Shown in pieces: positions 26,124 through 39,152 of a DNA stretch of 64,000 nt (within the stretch, counting starts at the first letter, position 1; each line of letters starts with the position of its first letter). The DNA comes from Octopus sinensis (lineage: Eukaryota). The position numbers and the translations under genes were made by a program. The stretch is taken from the NCBI RefSeq assembly GCF_006345805.1, contig NC_042998.1:68200001-68264000 (forward strand). Reading direction: 5' to 3'. The notes under the pieces were generated by a model. It worked only from the letters and a program-made list of their open reading frames with translations. It was not told where the DNA came from and ran no database searches.

Positions 26124-26520
26124 GAGCTGGTAGAATCGTTGGCATGCCGGGTAAAATGCTTAGCGGTATTTCGTCTGCTGTTACGTTCTGAGTTCAAATT
26201 CCTCCGAGGTCGACTTTGCCTTTCATCCTTTCGGGGACGATTAAATAAGTACTAGTTACGCACTGGGGTCGATATAATCGACTTAATCCGTCTGTCTGTC
26301 CTTGTTTGTCCCCTCTGTGTTTAGCCCCTTGTGAGTAGTAAAAAAATAGAAATAGGTATTTCATCCGTCTTTACGTTCTGAGTTCAAATTCAGCCGAGGT
26401 ACACTTTTTCTTTCATCCTTTCGGGTTCGATAAAATTAGTGCCACTTGAACACAGAGATTGACTTACTCCCTGCTTCCAAACTGCAGTCCTTGCATCAAA
26501 AATTTGAAATCATTATTGAT
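26124..26520 (+). mobile_element. Dimeric SINE A, second example
   Basis: Same monomer, tail and headless-monomer layout as 15187. Confidence 0.85.
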
Positions 26521-26792
26521 ATTCTTCTTGTTGTTACAACAGGATAACTACCAGAATCGTTAGCGCATCGGACAAAAGGCTTGGTGGTATTTCTTCTGAA
26601 TTTTTACACTCTGAGTTCAAATGCCAGCAAGATCACATTTGCCCTTCGTTCATCCGGGATCCAAAAATTTAAGTACAAATCAAGTACTTGTGTCAATGTA
26701 ATCAGTTAATCCCTTGCCTCAACAATTGCAGGCCTTGGGTCCAGATTTGAAACAATTATATTATTGATGTAAAGATTGTTTGCCAACATAAC

Positions 26793-26985
26793 ATGGCAAT
26801 CCAGGTTTAGGACGAATGTTGCTGCAATTTAACCCCAAGAAATATCGTCTCCAGCTGGCTATACGACACGATCTGTGTCCTTTGTTCGAAAATACAAGGA
26901 CACAGATCGTGTCGTATAGCCAGCTGGAGACGATGTCTCCTGGGGCTAAATCACACCAACATTCGTCCTAAACCAGTACTGCCAA
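26793..26985. repeat. Foldback inverted repeat (MITE-like)
   Basis: Perfect 39-bp arms 26844-26882 and 26896-26934 with a 13-nt loop; imperfect arms extend to about 90 bp. Confidence 0.9.
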
Positions 26986-27361
26986 TGATCTTCACTACAA
27001 TGTACTGTTGCTGAATGTCTCTCGTTGTGAGATTTAAAAATAGTAACTTTCTAATTATTATTGCTGTTGTTGTTATGTTGCATAAGCAGAATCATTTGAA
27101 TATTGCCGAGGTTGACTTTACATTCCATCCTTCTGGTATTCATAAAATACTTTAACTGCAATGTCTAATAATATAACCAAATTAATCAACTGCACGATTC
27201 CCTCTTTAAATATTAATATTTTATGTTTGTGTTACAAATATCTGTTATTTATTCCAACTTTTTAGTAGCAATACTTTGATTAATTCCTTCTGTTCTGACG
27301 AATTTTTGTAAGAAAGATGGGAGATACATTATTTACATTTGATGGATATTTCTCCTCATCC

Positions 27362-27440
27362 ACGGGCAAATACAGTAGTGGTTAATAGCGCGGGCTACTG
27401 ACCCCAAGATTCCGAGTTCGATTCCAGGTAGTGACCTGAA
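27362..27440 (+). mobile_element. Short tRNA-derived SINE head
   Basis: tagtggttaatagcgcgg...gagttcgattcc (A and B boxes); no cloverleaf support. Confidence 0.55.
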
Positions 27441-27667
27441 TAAGAAAAAGATGAAGAAGAATGATAATGTGAGAAGAGCATTATCGCTGTGAAAACAACA
27501 TCCATTCATGAATTTATTTCTTTATTAATTTTTTAAAATACATATTTTACCTGTGAATTTGCGTGTGTAATCTGGGAATGCATACAATGAGCTTCTCTGC
27601 CCCAGGTGTACGGAAAACACTCAGCAAGAAATGGAAGAAAATTTTAAGAAAGAAGAAAAAATAATGA

Positions 27668-27912
27668 AGAAAGAGGAGGAGGAGGAGGAGGAGGAGAAGG
27701 AGGAGGAGGAGAAGAGAGAAGAAGAAGAAGAAGAAGAAGAAGAAGAAGAAGAAGAAGAAGAAGAAGAAGAACAACAACAACAACAACAACAACAAGAACA
27801 AGAACAAGAACAAGAACAAGAAGAACAAGAAGAACAAGAAGAACAAGAAGAACAAGAAGAACAAGAACAAGAAGAACAAGAAGAACAAGAAGAAGAAGAA
27901 CAACAACAACAA
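27668..27912. repeat. Compound (GAG)/(GAA)/(CAA) repeat
   Basis: Direct reading. Confidence 0.95.
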
Positions 27913-28095
27913 CATCGAAAAATACCTTAGGAATGAGAACCCATGTCGAAATTTCCCTCTAGAGACTTGATAAAGGCTGGCGGGTATATAAGCCGAAACG
28001 TTGAGTTAAGAACAAACAAGATGAGGACAAATATCTGTCAAACGTAAATAATGTATTTAATGTACATAATTCCTGATCTCTTAAATATAGAACAG
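27909..28095 (+). mobile_element. Short Penelope-like element P1 with U3:A8 hammerhead variant (27962-28007)
   Basis: gagac TTGATAA A GGCT ggcgggtatata AGCC GAAACGTT gagtt; colinear with 23126-23319. Confidence 0.75.
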
Positions 28096-28492
28096 TATTA
28101 AGCTGGTAGATATTTCTAAAAAAAAATGTGTAAAGATTGTAGCAAAACTTGTACTGTGTATATATTTGAAGAGGAAATTTGTTGACATCAATGTTCCCTT
28201 CACATTCTGCAGTTACTGTAATATTGAGGCAATGATTCACTTGTGTTCTTAAAGAGATATGAAACGTATGGACTTCTAACTGCTTCGGAAAAGAAAAAAA
28301 AGGAAACGTTTTGCTCCTTTGTTCACGGATTTTATTGTCTTTTTTTTTAATCGTGGTAAAGAGAGAGAACATTCTTGCTATGAAATGATTGGAAGACTCT
28401 TAAAAAAATATAATACAACTGATTCTGGACTGGAGGAAAAAAAAAGAAAACATTCTTTTAATACGTTTAGATGGAATGACGACCCAGTATTA

Positions 28493-28551
<59 letters not shown>

Positions 28552-29858
28552 TATTATTTTACGTCATTGTTCTTCTTTATTTTTTTTTCTGGATATTATT
28601 TCTGTTCCTTTCTTTTCTGTTGTTTTTTTTTTTTAATAATTCGAAAGAAGTTCGGCTTCGAAATATAAAACAGAAAGAAGAAAAACATAATGATAAATAA
28701 TAACAATAATAATAAAGACAAGGGAGATAATTATGAGCGAGAATTATAAATGACAATGAAATATGGATGAAAAAAACAACAAAAGTCAAAAAGATAAACA
28801 CAAACTACATAAAATACAATTTTGAAAACAAGAAAATAAATGGGTGGGGAGAAAAAAATGGACACAAAACAAAAACAAAAGAAAAATTTGAATAAAATTA
28901 TAATGCAATTTCATTTTGAACATACGGCAAAAAAAAACATTTCTTTCATGTTCATAAAATTGGTGTTTTCTAAAAGAATCACGTTTGAGTTCATTTTTAT
29001 AACTGAGAGAAAAGAGAGAGAAAATAACCATTACGTTTAAGAATGTTTAATGCAATTGAGGTTGTAGACTTATTTTGGTTTTGTTTTCATTGTCTTTTGT
29101 AATTGTATTTATTGCTGTTGTTCTGTTGTTATTGTTGTTGTTGATGGTGGTGGTGGTGGTTGTGGTGGTGTAGGTGATGGTGGAGGTTCTATTGTCTTCG
29201 ATTTAATTGCAGCCCCGTGGAATAATACAAGTGTTTCGATCAACATAAAATTATCTGTCATTCCTTTGGTCAAATATTTTTGATTCGTTAAAAGAAGCAG
29301 CACAAATTTTAATGATCTTTAAAAACTTGTGATTTAAGTAAGATTTTCGTGAAAATCCTTAATTGACTGTAAAAGGCAGAGAGAAAGGGGGAGAAGAGAG
29401 AGACAAACAGAGAGAGAGAGACAGTCAGACAAAGAGAGTGAGAGACAAAGAGAATGAGAGACAGAGAAAGATATTTTCACACACACACATGCGCGCAAAA
29501 ATGGCGAGCTTGTGGAGTTGTTAAAGAGTTGGAATAATGATATTTATCTTGATACTTAACGTCCAAAAGAGGTCACAGTTGCTTTCCGAAGTCGATGAAG
29601 ATGAAAGAAAGTACCGAAGAAGTTGAAAGAAAATACCAATCAAGTACAGATGTCGATGGTAAAGACTAATACCCTCCTTTCAACTGAATTTCGGCCAAAA
29701 TCTGAAACAATTATTATTATCATTATTATTTTTATCATTATTATTATATTATATTATTATTATTATTATTATTATTATATTATTACTATTATTATTATTA
29801 TTATTATTATTAATATTAATATTATTATTATTATTATTATCATCATTATTATTATTAT

Positions 29859-30428
29859 TGAGTGAGAGAGCAGTGCATGCCATCAAAGTGACACTGGGGT
29901 AAAATATACGAAGCCCAGTATTCCCATCATGACCACCCGTCTGACAAGGGTACACTAGACACATACATCACAACCATATGTGCGCGACACGGTCATCTCA
30001 TATCAAGATAAACAGTACATGACCTTGCAGGTGGGGCCCAATTAGAATTTTTCTGGTCGAGTAACCGATCCCGCTCAAAAGGTCCCTGAATAAGGGTGGT
30101 TCAAGGATGTTGAACGAAACACCCATGTTTCCAAAGGGGATTTATTCAAACTTCAAAGAATCCCTCACGACACATGGCTCTGATGTTCCCCCACTACTTC
30201 TGCTCGTGATCAGAAATGCACATATCATCAGCCACTAAGGGACATGCTCAACTGATTAAGGTCAAACAACTGACAAGCAAATCCGTGGTATAGAGCAGAA
30301 TATTTGCTGTAACCCATCTTTTATACCAAGACAAAACAACGTACACGATAACACTTCCAATCAGTTAAGATCAGAAACCATGAGAGCCACTGCCTGGTAC
30401 TGCATCAGGGCATGGTACTGCATCAGGG

Positions 30429-30431
<3 letters not shown>
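29859..30431 (-). mobile_element. ~550-bp TAA-embedded element, copy 4
   Basis: Full length; terminal 18-bp duplication tggtactgcatcagggca x2. Confidence 0.95.
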
Positions 30432-30498
<67 letters not shown>

Positions 30499-30568
30499 AT
30501 TATTGTTGTTGTTGTTGTTGTTGTTGCTGTCATTATTATTATTATTATTATTATTATCATCATCATCA

Positions 30569-30621
<53 letters not shown>

Positions 30622-30627
<6 letters not shown>

Positions 30628-31125
30628 TTGACTTTTGCTCCATGTCTCACCCAGACATCTCAAAAGACAAGTTAGAAGTTCAGTTTGGTGTTATGCCTTG
30701 GGTGCCATATATTTTGTTTTGCACAAAGCATTGTTCTAGAGAATGTTTCAGAAAACAGAAAATTATGAGTTTGTTTCAGAATTTAAGATTACATAGACAG
30801 TATCTACGTAGGATATGTGCAATTCCCATGAGCACTATTTTATTAATTTTTGCCACTTTTAGATTTCCTGGTATCTGAGGTAGGTAGTAATCAGCTCCTT
30901 TTGCTATCCTTTTGCTCGGGTACCTATGACAACAGGTATTGTTTTAGTCATGAGGTTCCACATTTTGCCAATTTCTATTTCAAGATCTTTATACTTGCTC
31001 AGTTTTTGGTAGGCCTTGACAGATACAATAAAATTGATTGGGACAGTCATGTCGATGAGGGGGTATGATTTTTGCCTGATGTCCTTCAATATAATGTCTG
31101 CCCTATTCACATCCATCAGTTTAAA
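30622..31125 (-). mobile_element. R4/Dong-type RLE and 3'UTR
   Basis: NRADIILKD...LIDMTVP...KAYQKLSKYKDLEIEIGKMWNLMTKTIPVVIG. Confidence 0.9.
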
Positions 31126-31139
31126 CAGAACAGTGAAGT

Positions 31140-31737
31140 TCCAGGGGAGGAAGAGGAAGGGGAAGGGAGGAGGAGGAGGAGGAGGAGGATAAGGAGGTGA
31201 AGGAAGGGGGATGGGAGGAAGATGAATAGGAGGAGAAGGAGGAGGAGGAGAGGAAGAAGGGGAAGAGGAGGAAGAGGGGAGGAGGAGAGGAGGAAGGGGA
31301 AGATGGGGAGGAGGTGGAGGAGGAAGATGAAGAGGAGGTAGAGGTGGAGGAGGAAGGGGAAGAGGAGGAAGAGAAGGAAGAGAGGGAGGAGGAAGGATAA
31401 GAGGAGGAAGAGGGAGGAAGAGAGGAGGAAGGGGAGGAGGAAGGGGAAGAGGGGAGGAGGAAGGGGAAGAGGGGGAGGAGGAAGGTGAAGAGGGGGGGAG
31501 GAGGGGGGGGAAGGTGAAGAGGGGGAGGAGGAAGATGAAGAGGAGAAAGAGGGGGAGGAGGAGAGGAGGAAGGGGAAGAGGGGAAGGAGGAAGATGAAGG
31601 TGAAGGAAGGGGGAGGAAGATGAAGAGGAGGAATAGGGGGAGGAGGAAGATGAAGAGGGGAAAAGGGGGAGAAGGAAGAAGGGGAGGAGGAAGATGAAGA
31701 GGAGGAAAAGGGGAGGAGGAAGAGGGGGAAGGGGAGT
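31140..31737 (+). repeat. ~600-bp polypurine (GGA/GAA) low-complexity tract
   Basis: Almost exclusively G and A on the plus strand. Confidence 0.9.
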
Positions 31738-31761
31738 GTAGTAGTAGTAGTAGTAGTAGTG

Positions 31762-32260
31762 TTTCAGAAACCACTATGTTTCAGAATTGGTTGGAGTTAT
31801 TTCAAATCAAATTGCCTCCAGACACAAACACGTCTACTGTCTAAAAATAAGGCAAATCTGGATTCATCTGAGAAAATGACACTATCCCAAAATGAACTGG
31901 ATTTCTGACACCTCCTTAGCCCATTTCTTTCTTTTCATGATATTAATTGGTAGAAGGAGAGGTTTTCTTCTCGCTGCTCATCCATAATACCCAAGCTTAT
32001 GCAGATATGTAACACACGTTCTTGGACTAACGTCTAGCTGTTTAGCAATGTCAGAAGCCTTTGAACGGTGTTCGTTTTCCACATTTCTTTTCAAACAGCG
32101 AAGCTTCCTATCCGAGGGCCCAGGTGGACCCGGACGAGAATCTGTTGATACATTTTTTTGGCTTTCGAATTGCACTATAATTCTATTAACAGTGGCAAGA
32201 GGAATTTGAAGATTTTCGGCAATTTTTCGAAAGGCCGCAGTCAAATGACTGAAACAAGTA
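31762..32260 (-). pseudogene. Tc1-family transposase relic
   Basis: HTH FRKIAENLQIPLATVNRII, then LHKLGYYGRAARRKPLL, then (frameshift) WDSVIFSDESRFALFSDSRRVCVWR with the first catalytic Asp. Confidence 0.85.
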
Positions 32261-32558
32261 AAAGAATGAATGAATAAAGAGCAGAATTAGTGTTTAAGAT
32301 TTACACCAACTGTTTTGGTATAATTTTATTCATGTATTCATAGATTACAGAAGCAATGTCAGAAATCCAGGATCTTGAATTATCCAGTAAAATCTTTTTT
32401 GCTAGTTTATTTTGTCTCTTTGCCTTCTCTCAAGGCGCGATATGAACATTTAAGGTGGTTTTAAGGTCAGGGTTTTGACTGCTATTTCAGTATGGTGGTA
32501 TCTCTCAGATACCCTAATATATAGTTATATATATATATATATATATTTATTATATATA

Positions 32559-32622
<64 letters not shown>

Positions 32623-32626
<4 letters not shown>

Positions 32627-32778
32627 GTATTTCAATGTTTATATGGAACTCTCTAATTTGAGGGCTTAAAATTAAAAGGTTTTGTAAGAGATTATAATAC
32701 TATCAATGTATAAGGAATTCCCATATATTTAGCCTAATTTTTTTTACCAAAATAGGGTTCCTTATATAAAATACGGTA
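32623..32778. mobile_element. Small MITE in (TA)n
   Basis: Terminal inverted taccgtattt / aaatacggta with further ggaac/gttcc; TA flanks. Confidence 0.55.
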
Positions 32779-32782
32779 TATA

Positions 32783-32859
<77 letters not shown>

Positions 32860-32893
32860 AAAGTCAAGGTAGGAAATGCTAAAATAATTTTAT

Positions 32894-32940
32894 AAAAAAC
32901 GTTTCAGTCCCGTTTTGGCCATTGAGACCTTTTCAACTGT
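32894..32940 (-). ncRNA. Degenerate hammerhead-like motif (U3:A8 core)
   Basis: acag TTGAAAA GGTC...GACT GAAACGTT; stem I poor. Confidence 0.35.
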
Positions 32941-33048
32941 AAGATATATATATATATAGGGAGAATTTACGAAAAAAACAAAAGACGAAGACAGGTGGTG
33001 TACAAAACAAACAGATGTATTAGTATAACGCTCAGGAATAGAAAAAGT

Positions 33049-33084
33049 CTTTTAAGTTTCGAGCCTACGCTCTTCTACAGAAAG
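33049..33084 (-). ncRNA. Minimal hammerhead-like motif with A6U core
   Basis: CTTT CTGTAGA A GAGC gtag GCTC GAAACTTA AAAG. Confidence 0.45.
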
Positions 33085-33495
33085 TGACACAAAACACAAG
33101 GAGAGAAAAAATGTGTGTAGTGGCTTACAATCTATTATAGTGATATATATATATATACAAGAGTTGCGGAATGGAGTAGATATGATCCAATCTATATATG
33201 TTTCATAACGAGCAGAACTTCGGAAGTGGCAAATATCTTGACGAGGTATATACCGTAGGCTACTTCAGGCCAAAGACATCTTGATTAAATGAAAGTTTAC
33301 ATTGTTGCAAGGAGGTACATTTTAACGCATGGAAGATTCAATCAGAAGGTGTAGAAAGCAGAATATAAATGTAGAGGGAAAGAAGTATTAAAGAAGAAAA
33401 ATAATTTTCTGTATCAGTAAACCACTATTTCCCTGAACGTTGTTTATTTTATATTCAATACGGACTGCTTGAAGCTAACTTTCTTCCTACACCTT

Positions 33496-33579
<84 letters not shown>

Positions 33580-34007
33580 TATATATATATATACACTAGC
33601 CCACACTCACACATATATAGGCAAATCAAAAATAAAAAGTAGATAAAAAGCATAAATCAATAGGACGTAGAGAGAGAATATATTGGAATGACGCTCAGTT
33701 AAAGTTTTACATGGAAAAATCGGAGTGATGTTTCGAGCAGAGCTCTTCATCGGAGAGAGAAAAAGGCACAGAGAAGAGGAAAAGAAGGAAGGAGTGGATA
33801 GTCCGAAAAAAGTACGTATGTCGTTACATGGCCGACACACAACCAAATATATACATGTGAGTACACCTAGATATCATCATATATGCATATACACATATAA
33901 ACACATGTGCACACGTACATATATACAAACATACTTGTATGTACATAGATGCGCGCATATTTATACATAAATGTGTATACACGCTTACATAAAAATGCAT
34001 GTATGCA

Positions 34008-35617
34008 AAATGATAGCAGCAGATGGCCGTTTGAGTTTGCTTTTTCCAACCCCATGCTTCCTTATTACGTCACCCCATATGGATGTATCACAGCCTATAC
34101 ATGGATTGAAATCACTTTGATTATCATGGATGGAGACACCTCTCAACTGGCTATGTAGCCCAGTGCAGAACTGCTCTCTAACTACTTCATTTGAGTTCAT
34201 GGTTGGAACATAGCACTCTTTTACTCTTTTACTTGTTTCAGTCATTTGACTGCGGTCATGCTGGAGCACCACCTTTATTCGAGCAAATCGAGTCCAGAAC
34301 TTATTCTTTGTAAACCTAGTACTTATTCTATCGGACTCTTTTGCCGAACCGCTAAGTTACGGTTGTCAAGCGATGTTGGGGGGGACAAACACAGATACAC
34401 AAACACACACACGCATATATATATACATATATACGACGGGCTTCTTTCAGTTTCCGTCTACCAAATCCACTCGCAAGGCTTTGGTCTGGCCCGAGGCTAT
34501 AGTAGAAGACACTTGCCCAAGGTGCCACACAATGGGACTGAACCTGGAACCATGTGGTTGTTAAGCAAGCTACTTACCACACAGCCACTTCTACGCCTGA
34601 AAATAGCAGTTGAAAATAGTTGCATATTTAGTTTTGCCAATGCACATGCGCAATGAAGTGAGACTTTCATTAATTCCAACAGGCATAGATTCAAGTTGTT
34701 TCACCAGGTCATTCCGAATAGCAAACCTAATACCTGCCTCTTTCTCTACTTTCCGAGGCTTACCCATCCAGAAAAATGTGTATCCACTATTAACCTCCTG
34801 TAGCTGACCACAGTCTGCTAATCTGGTTTCTGAAAGAGCTGCTATTCCGATGTATTTTTCCTTCAAAACACGAGCAATCAAAGCGGTCCTACGTTCTATA
34901 TTTTTCTTACTTGTCCTGAAGAGTTCTTGCATTCTAAGATGGCTTTCTGTCTTCAATTTCCTTAATTTTCTTGTGCAGATTTCGCTGCCCAGTTATTTGC
35001 ACCTAATGACGAGAAGCAATGCAAGTAAGCAATTTTTGGAACGAATTTTCTTGACCCCTCTTCCATAGGAGGAAAGTAGTGATATCCTAAACGGGGCTGC
35101 TTTGTTGTGTAAGGAGAGCACGAATTACACAATTACCTGCAGATGTGCAAAGCTGAAGCTAAGAACTTCCTGTGACATCCTTCACCTGCTACATTTGCTA
35201 TACTTTCCCCTTCACAGGATTTTCCTTTTCTTTATTTTTCTTCTTTTTTCTCCGTGGGGCGTGTACACTCTCACCATCAAAACATGATGGCGGTATTTAC
35301 TTATCTACCTGCGCATGGTTTGTTTATAGTGGTCATTACTTTACAGCACAATACACACTCTCTCCATCAAAAACGTATTTACCTGTACAGGTGCACTCTG
35401 TGCCACGTGTCAGATGATGAATCGATCGCAGATTTGAAATCAGAGGGCCTTCTCCTAGTCCAGTTGCTCAAAAGCTACAGAGCCCGGACTGCCCTATCAG
35501 TAAGTACATGTTGATAGTGCACATCAAGTAAGGGGACCGTCAGCAACCACAAACCTGGCTTATATTGTACCTTTCCTTTTCCTAGACGCGTTGCCCTCGC
35601 CATGGCTCAGGAGGCCC
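34008..35617 (-). mobile_element. RTE-clade LINE 5' part (5'UTR plus APE endonuclease), split by a SINE
   Basis: RRTALIARVL...IAALSETR...GYTFFW...YATIFNCY | CYVPTM...DFNPCIG...RKHGVGK; RTE-type 5'UTR motif ctaggagaagg. Confidence 0.9.
34216..34598 (-). mobile_element. SINE family B inserted in the RTE endonuclease
   Basis: Full SINE; atagca at 34210-34215 and 34603-34608 is a probable TSD. Confidence 0.95.
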
Positions 35618-35685
35618 ATCTGCCCCATACATATATATAAAAATACAAAAAAACGAAGTATATATATATATTACATACTTATATA

Positions 35686-35720
<35 letters not shown>

Positions 35721-35721
35721 C

Positions 35722-35774
<53 letters not shown>

Positions 35775-35780
35775 TATATT

Positions 35781-36260
35781 AATTTCTGAATATCTCAGAG
35801 AGATATAATCAGTGGTGGAACGATAGAGCAGTTGTATACTGTTAACTTAACGTGACAGTATATATATTTAGCCCTAAGAAGCATCAACGCTTCCTGTCGG
35901 CCTTGGCACATTTCCTGTGTCCTTATGTCTACAAAGGGGAGACAAGCACTCCCATCCAGCTAATCCTGCATCCAGAGATATGTTTCTGAGTCTTTGCTCG
36001 TCATCAGTCTGGAGTAGCATGGCCTACTAGCAGAAGATACCTGTCTAGACTTTGTAAACATATATAATTTCAGTGAAGTAAATCCACTGATCACCAAAAA
36101 TAGAAATATTAAATTTCTAAATATCTCAGAGAGATATAAGCAGTGGTGGATCGACAGAGCAGTTGTATACTGTCAACTTAACGTGACAGTCCTATAAAGG
36201 GAATCACACCACCGCAAAGACTCGTTCCACCACTGATTATATCTCTCTGAGATCTGGTCT
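35781..36260 (-). mobile_element. Pseudo-LTR-like element with direct and inverted repeats and a hammerhead
   Basis: ~78-bp direct repeat at 35781 and 36112; 30-bp inverted copy near 36223-36252. Confidence 0.6.
35971..36013 (-). ncRNA. Minimal type-I hammerhead ribozyme
   Basis: TCCAGA CTGATGA CGAG caaaga CTCA GAAACATATC TCTGGA: 6-bp stem I, intact core, C.A mismatch at the base of stem II. Confidence 0.65.
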
Positions 36261-36572
36261 AATGGCCCTCCATGTTTGTTTTTGTTCGGATTCCCGGTAT
36301 ATTTCCACTGTGCAGTTTTTGTTCCCAATTTTGACCCTCCATAAATCCAAAATTTTCTTTTGGAATTTATGGGAGCAACTGTCTTCGAAGATTCATATTG
36401 TCGTTGAATGTTCGGAATGAGGAGTAGACAGACAGCCGACAACTGATGAAGGGACGTTCTTTGTGTTACTTTCCCTGTTTTCCATTTTTCTGCCCTTGTT
36501 TGCGTATTTAACTCGTTTGTTTTCGTACTTCATGTTGTTCACACAGCTGGTGACGTCCTGTTCCCATATATG

Positions 36573-36625
<53 letters not shown>

Positions 36626-36705
36626 TATTTATATATATAAATATATTATATATATTATATTATTTATATATATGTATATAATATGTATATTTATTTACAT
36701 ATACA

Positions 36706-36869
<164 letters not shown>

Positions 36870-37254
36870 GGCACATGTGAAGCAAATGTAGCTATATCAA
36901 ACTACTTATAGCTGATACTAAAATGAAAACTATGATTATCAATATGCCAGAAGGGATCTATATACTTCTCTCACAATTTTCTGTTTTATGCAGTCGAAAA
37001 TATAAAATATAAATGTTGACACACATCATGCTCACACGTTACACATAGATACATACACATATCCATAAATATATAAATATATATATGTGCGTGTGTGTGT
37101 GTTTATACGTATGTATATGGACATAGGTATGCATGTAGATATATACATGCACATACTTGTATTCATATGCTTCCACATTCATACATCTGTGTATATGAAT
37201 GAGTGCATGTACGTTTGTATATGCAAAAGAATAAAACCTAAATCAAACATCTCA

Positions 37255-37297
<43 letters not shown>

Positions 37298-37409
37298 GTA
37301 TATATGTATGTGTATATGTATAATATATTTTATATATATATGTAGATATATATATATATATTGTATAAATATAAACATATATATATATTTATATACATAT
37401 ATATAGTAC

Positions 37410-37462
<53 letters not shown>

Positions 37463-38578
37463 CACTATATGCATATGTATACACATACGATACATATATA
37501 TATATATAATATACTATATATATATATATACATACATATATATATATGTATATATGTATGTATATATATATAGTATGCACGTATATATAAATAGATATTG
37601 TATGTGTATATATATGCACATAGTGTATGTATATATATTGTAAATGTATAAAAATATATATTATATAGTATGTATATATATATAATATATATATATATAT
37701 CGTGTATATATATGTATATATTGCATTGTATGTATATACATATCGTATGTATATATAGATATATATATATTGTATGTATATATATATAACATATCGTATA
37801 TATGTATATACATCTATATATTGTATATATATATATGTGTGTGAGTACAATATATATATATGCATATATCAACATATATATTCGTAATGTATATGTATAT
37901 ATGAATATGTATATGTGTGTATACATACATATGTGGCTGTGTTTGCGTGTGTGTGTCTATGTGTGCGTGTGCGCGCGTGTGGGTGTGACTCGTGTATATG
38001 TGTCCGTGTATGTGTGTTTCTTCGTGTGCATGTGTGTGTGTCTCTGTACGCATGGTTACGTGGAATCGTAAAAGGACAAATTATTGACATATATACATAT
38101 CTATATACATATATATAAACACACACACACGAAAAATATATACAATGCATACATGCGCATATGTGCGTGTGCCTGTGTGTATTTGTGTGTCTTTGTATGC
38201 GTGTATGTATGTGCATAACACATGTGTCTGTAATTTTACATTTTATACATGCATAACATATTAAATTCCTGGGTATGCACTCTCTGAGAAATGTATAGAG
38301 CCTGATATATTGGAAATCATATTTTAGTGTATGTTATAGAAGTCTCACCGTATAAATATATAGCTATCGGTATGCGCATGCGTTTTGATCAATCGGAAGC
38401 GTTTCTCCTTAGAGAAATATATTTTTTGAATACTCGATAATAACATATATTTTATAGTTTAGCATGGAGCTTTGACAAGTATCTAGATTTTAGTGTAATA
38501 AAATGTATGCTCTGTATCTTCATGGTTATCTATAAAGAAATCTTTTATTGTCATATTCCGAACCTATAAGTATGTATG

Positions 38579-38619
<41 letters not shown>

Positions 38620-38846
38620 CATATAAAAAGAAGTATATATATATGTGTGTGTGTGTGTAAATATATGTATGTATAAATATGGGTATACAATATATGTATG
38701 TATATATATGTGTATATACATGTATGCATATATGTATATATATATTATATATATAATACACTATATGTTATACTAACAATATATGTATATATATTTTATG
38801 TATATGTGTGTATACATATATATTATACAAATATATAATATATATA

Positions 38847-38885
<39 letters not shown>

Positions 38886-38896
38886 GTAATATGTAT

Positions 38897-39032
38897 GTGC
38901 GTGGTTGTATGGTAAAAAGACTGCTTTCAAACCACATGGTCCCGGGTTCAGTCCTACCGCGGGGCAACTCTGGCGAGGTTCTTTTACCATAAGCCTCGTG
39001 AGTAGATTTCGTTAACAGAAACTGAAACATCG
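38897..39032 (+). mobile_element. SINE family B, diverged 5' part
   Basis: accacatggtcccgggttcagtcc. Confidence 0.75.
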
Positions 39033-39111
39033 TGTGTGTGTGTGTGTGTGTGTCTGTGTGCGTGTGCGCGCGTGTGTGCAAGCATCTTTAAATGACAAGA
39101 ATAACACGAAG

Positions 39112-39152
39112 AGTGACTTCGAAGTTTTAGCCAGCTAAGCCATCATCGGACT
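39112..39152 (-). ncRNA. Degenerate type-I hammerhead
   Basis: AGT CCGATGA T GGC ttagctg GCT AAAAC TTCGAA GTC ACT; U4C and G12A changes. Confidence 0.4.

Noticed and set aside
27631-27930. E/Q-rich ORF
   Set aside because: It is a compound trinucleotide repeat running into the P1 element.
36440-36575. Possible GIY-YIG remnant (Y-I-G-E-T-G-R-like)
   Set aside because: It needs indels and overlaps a TA tract, and downstream motifs are not recognisable.
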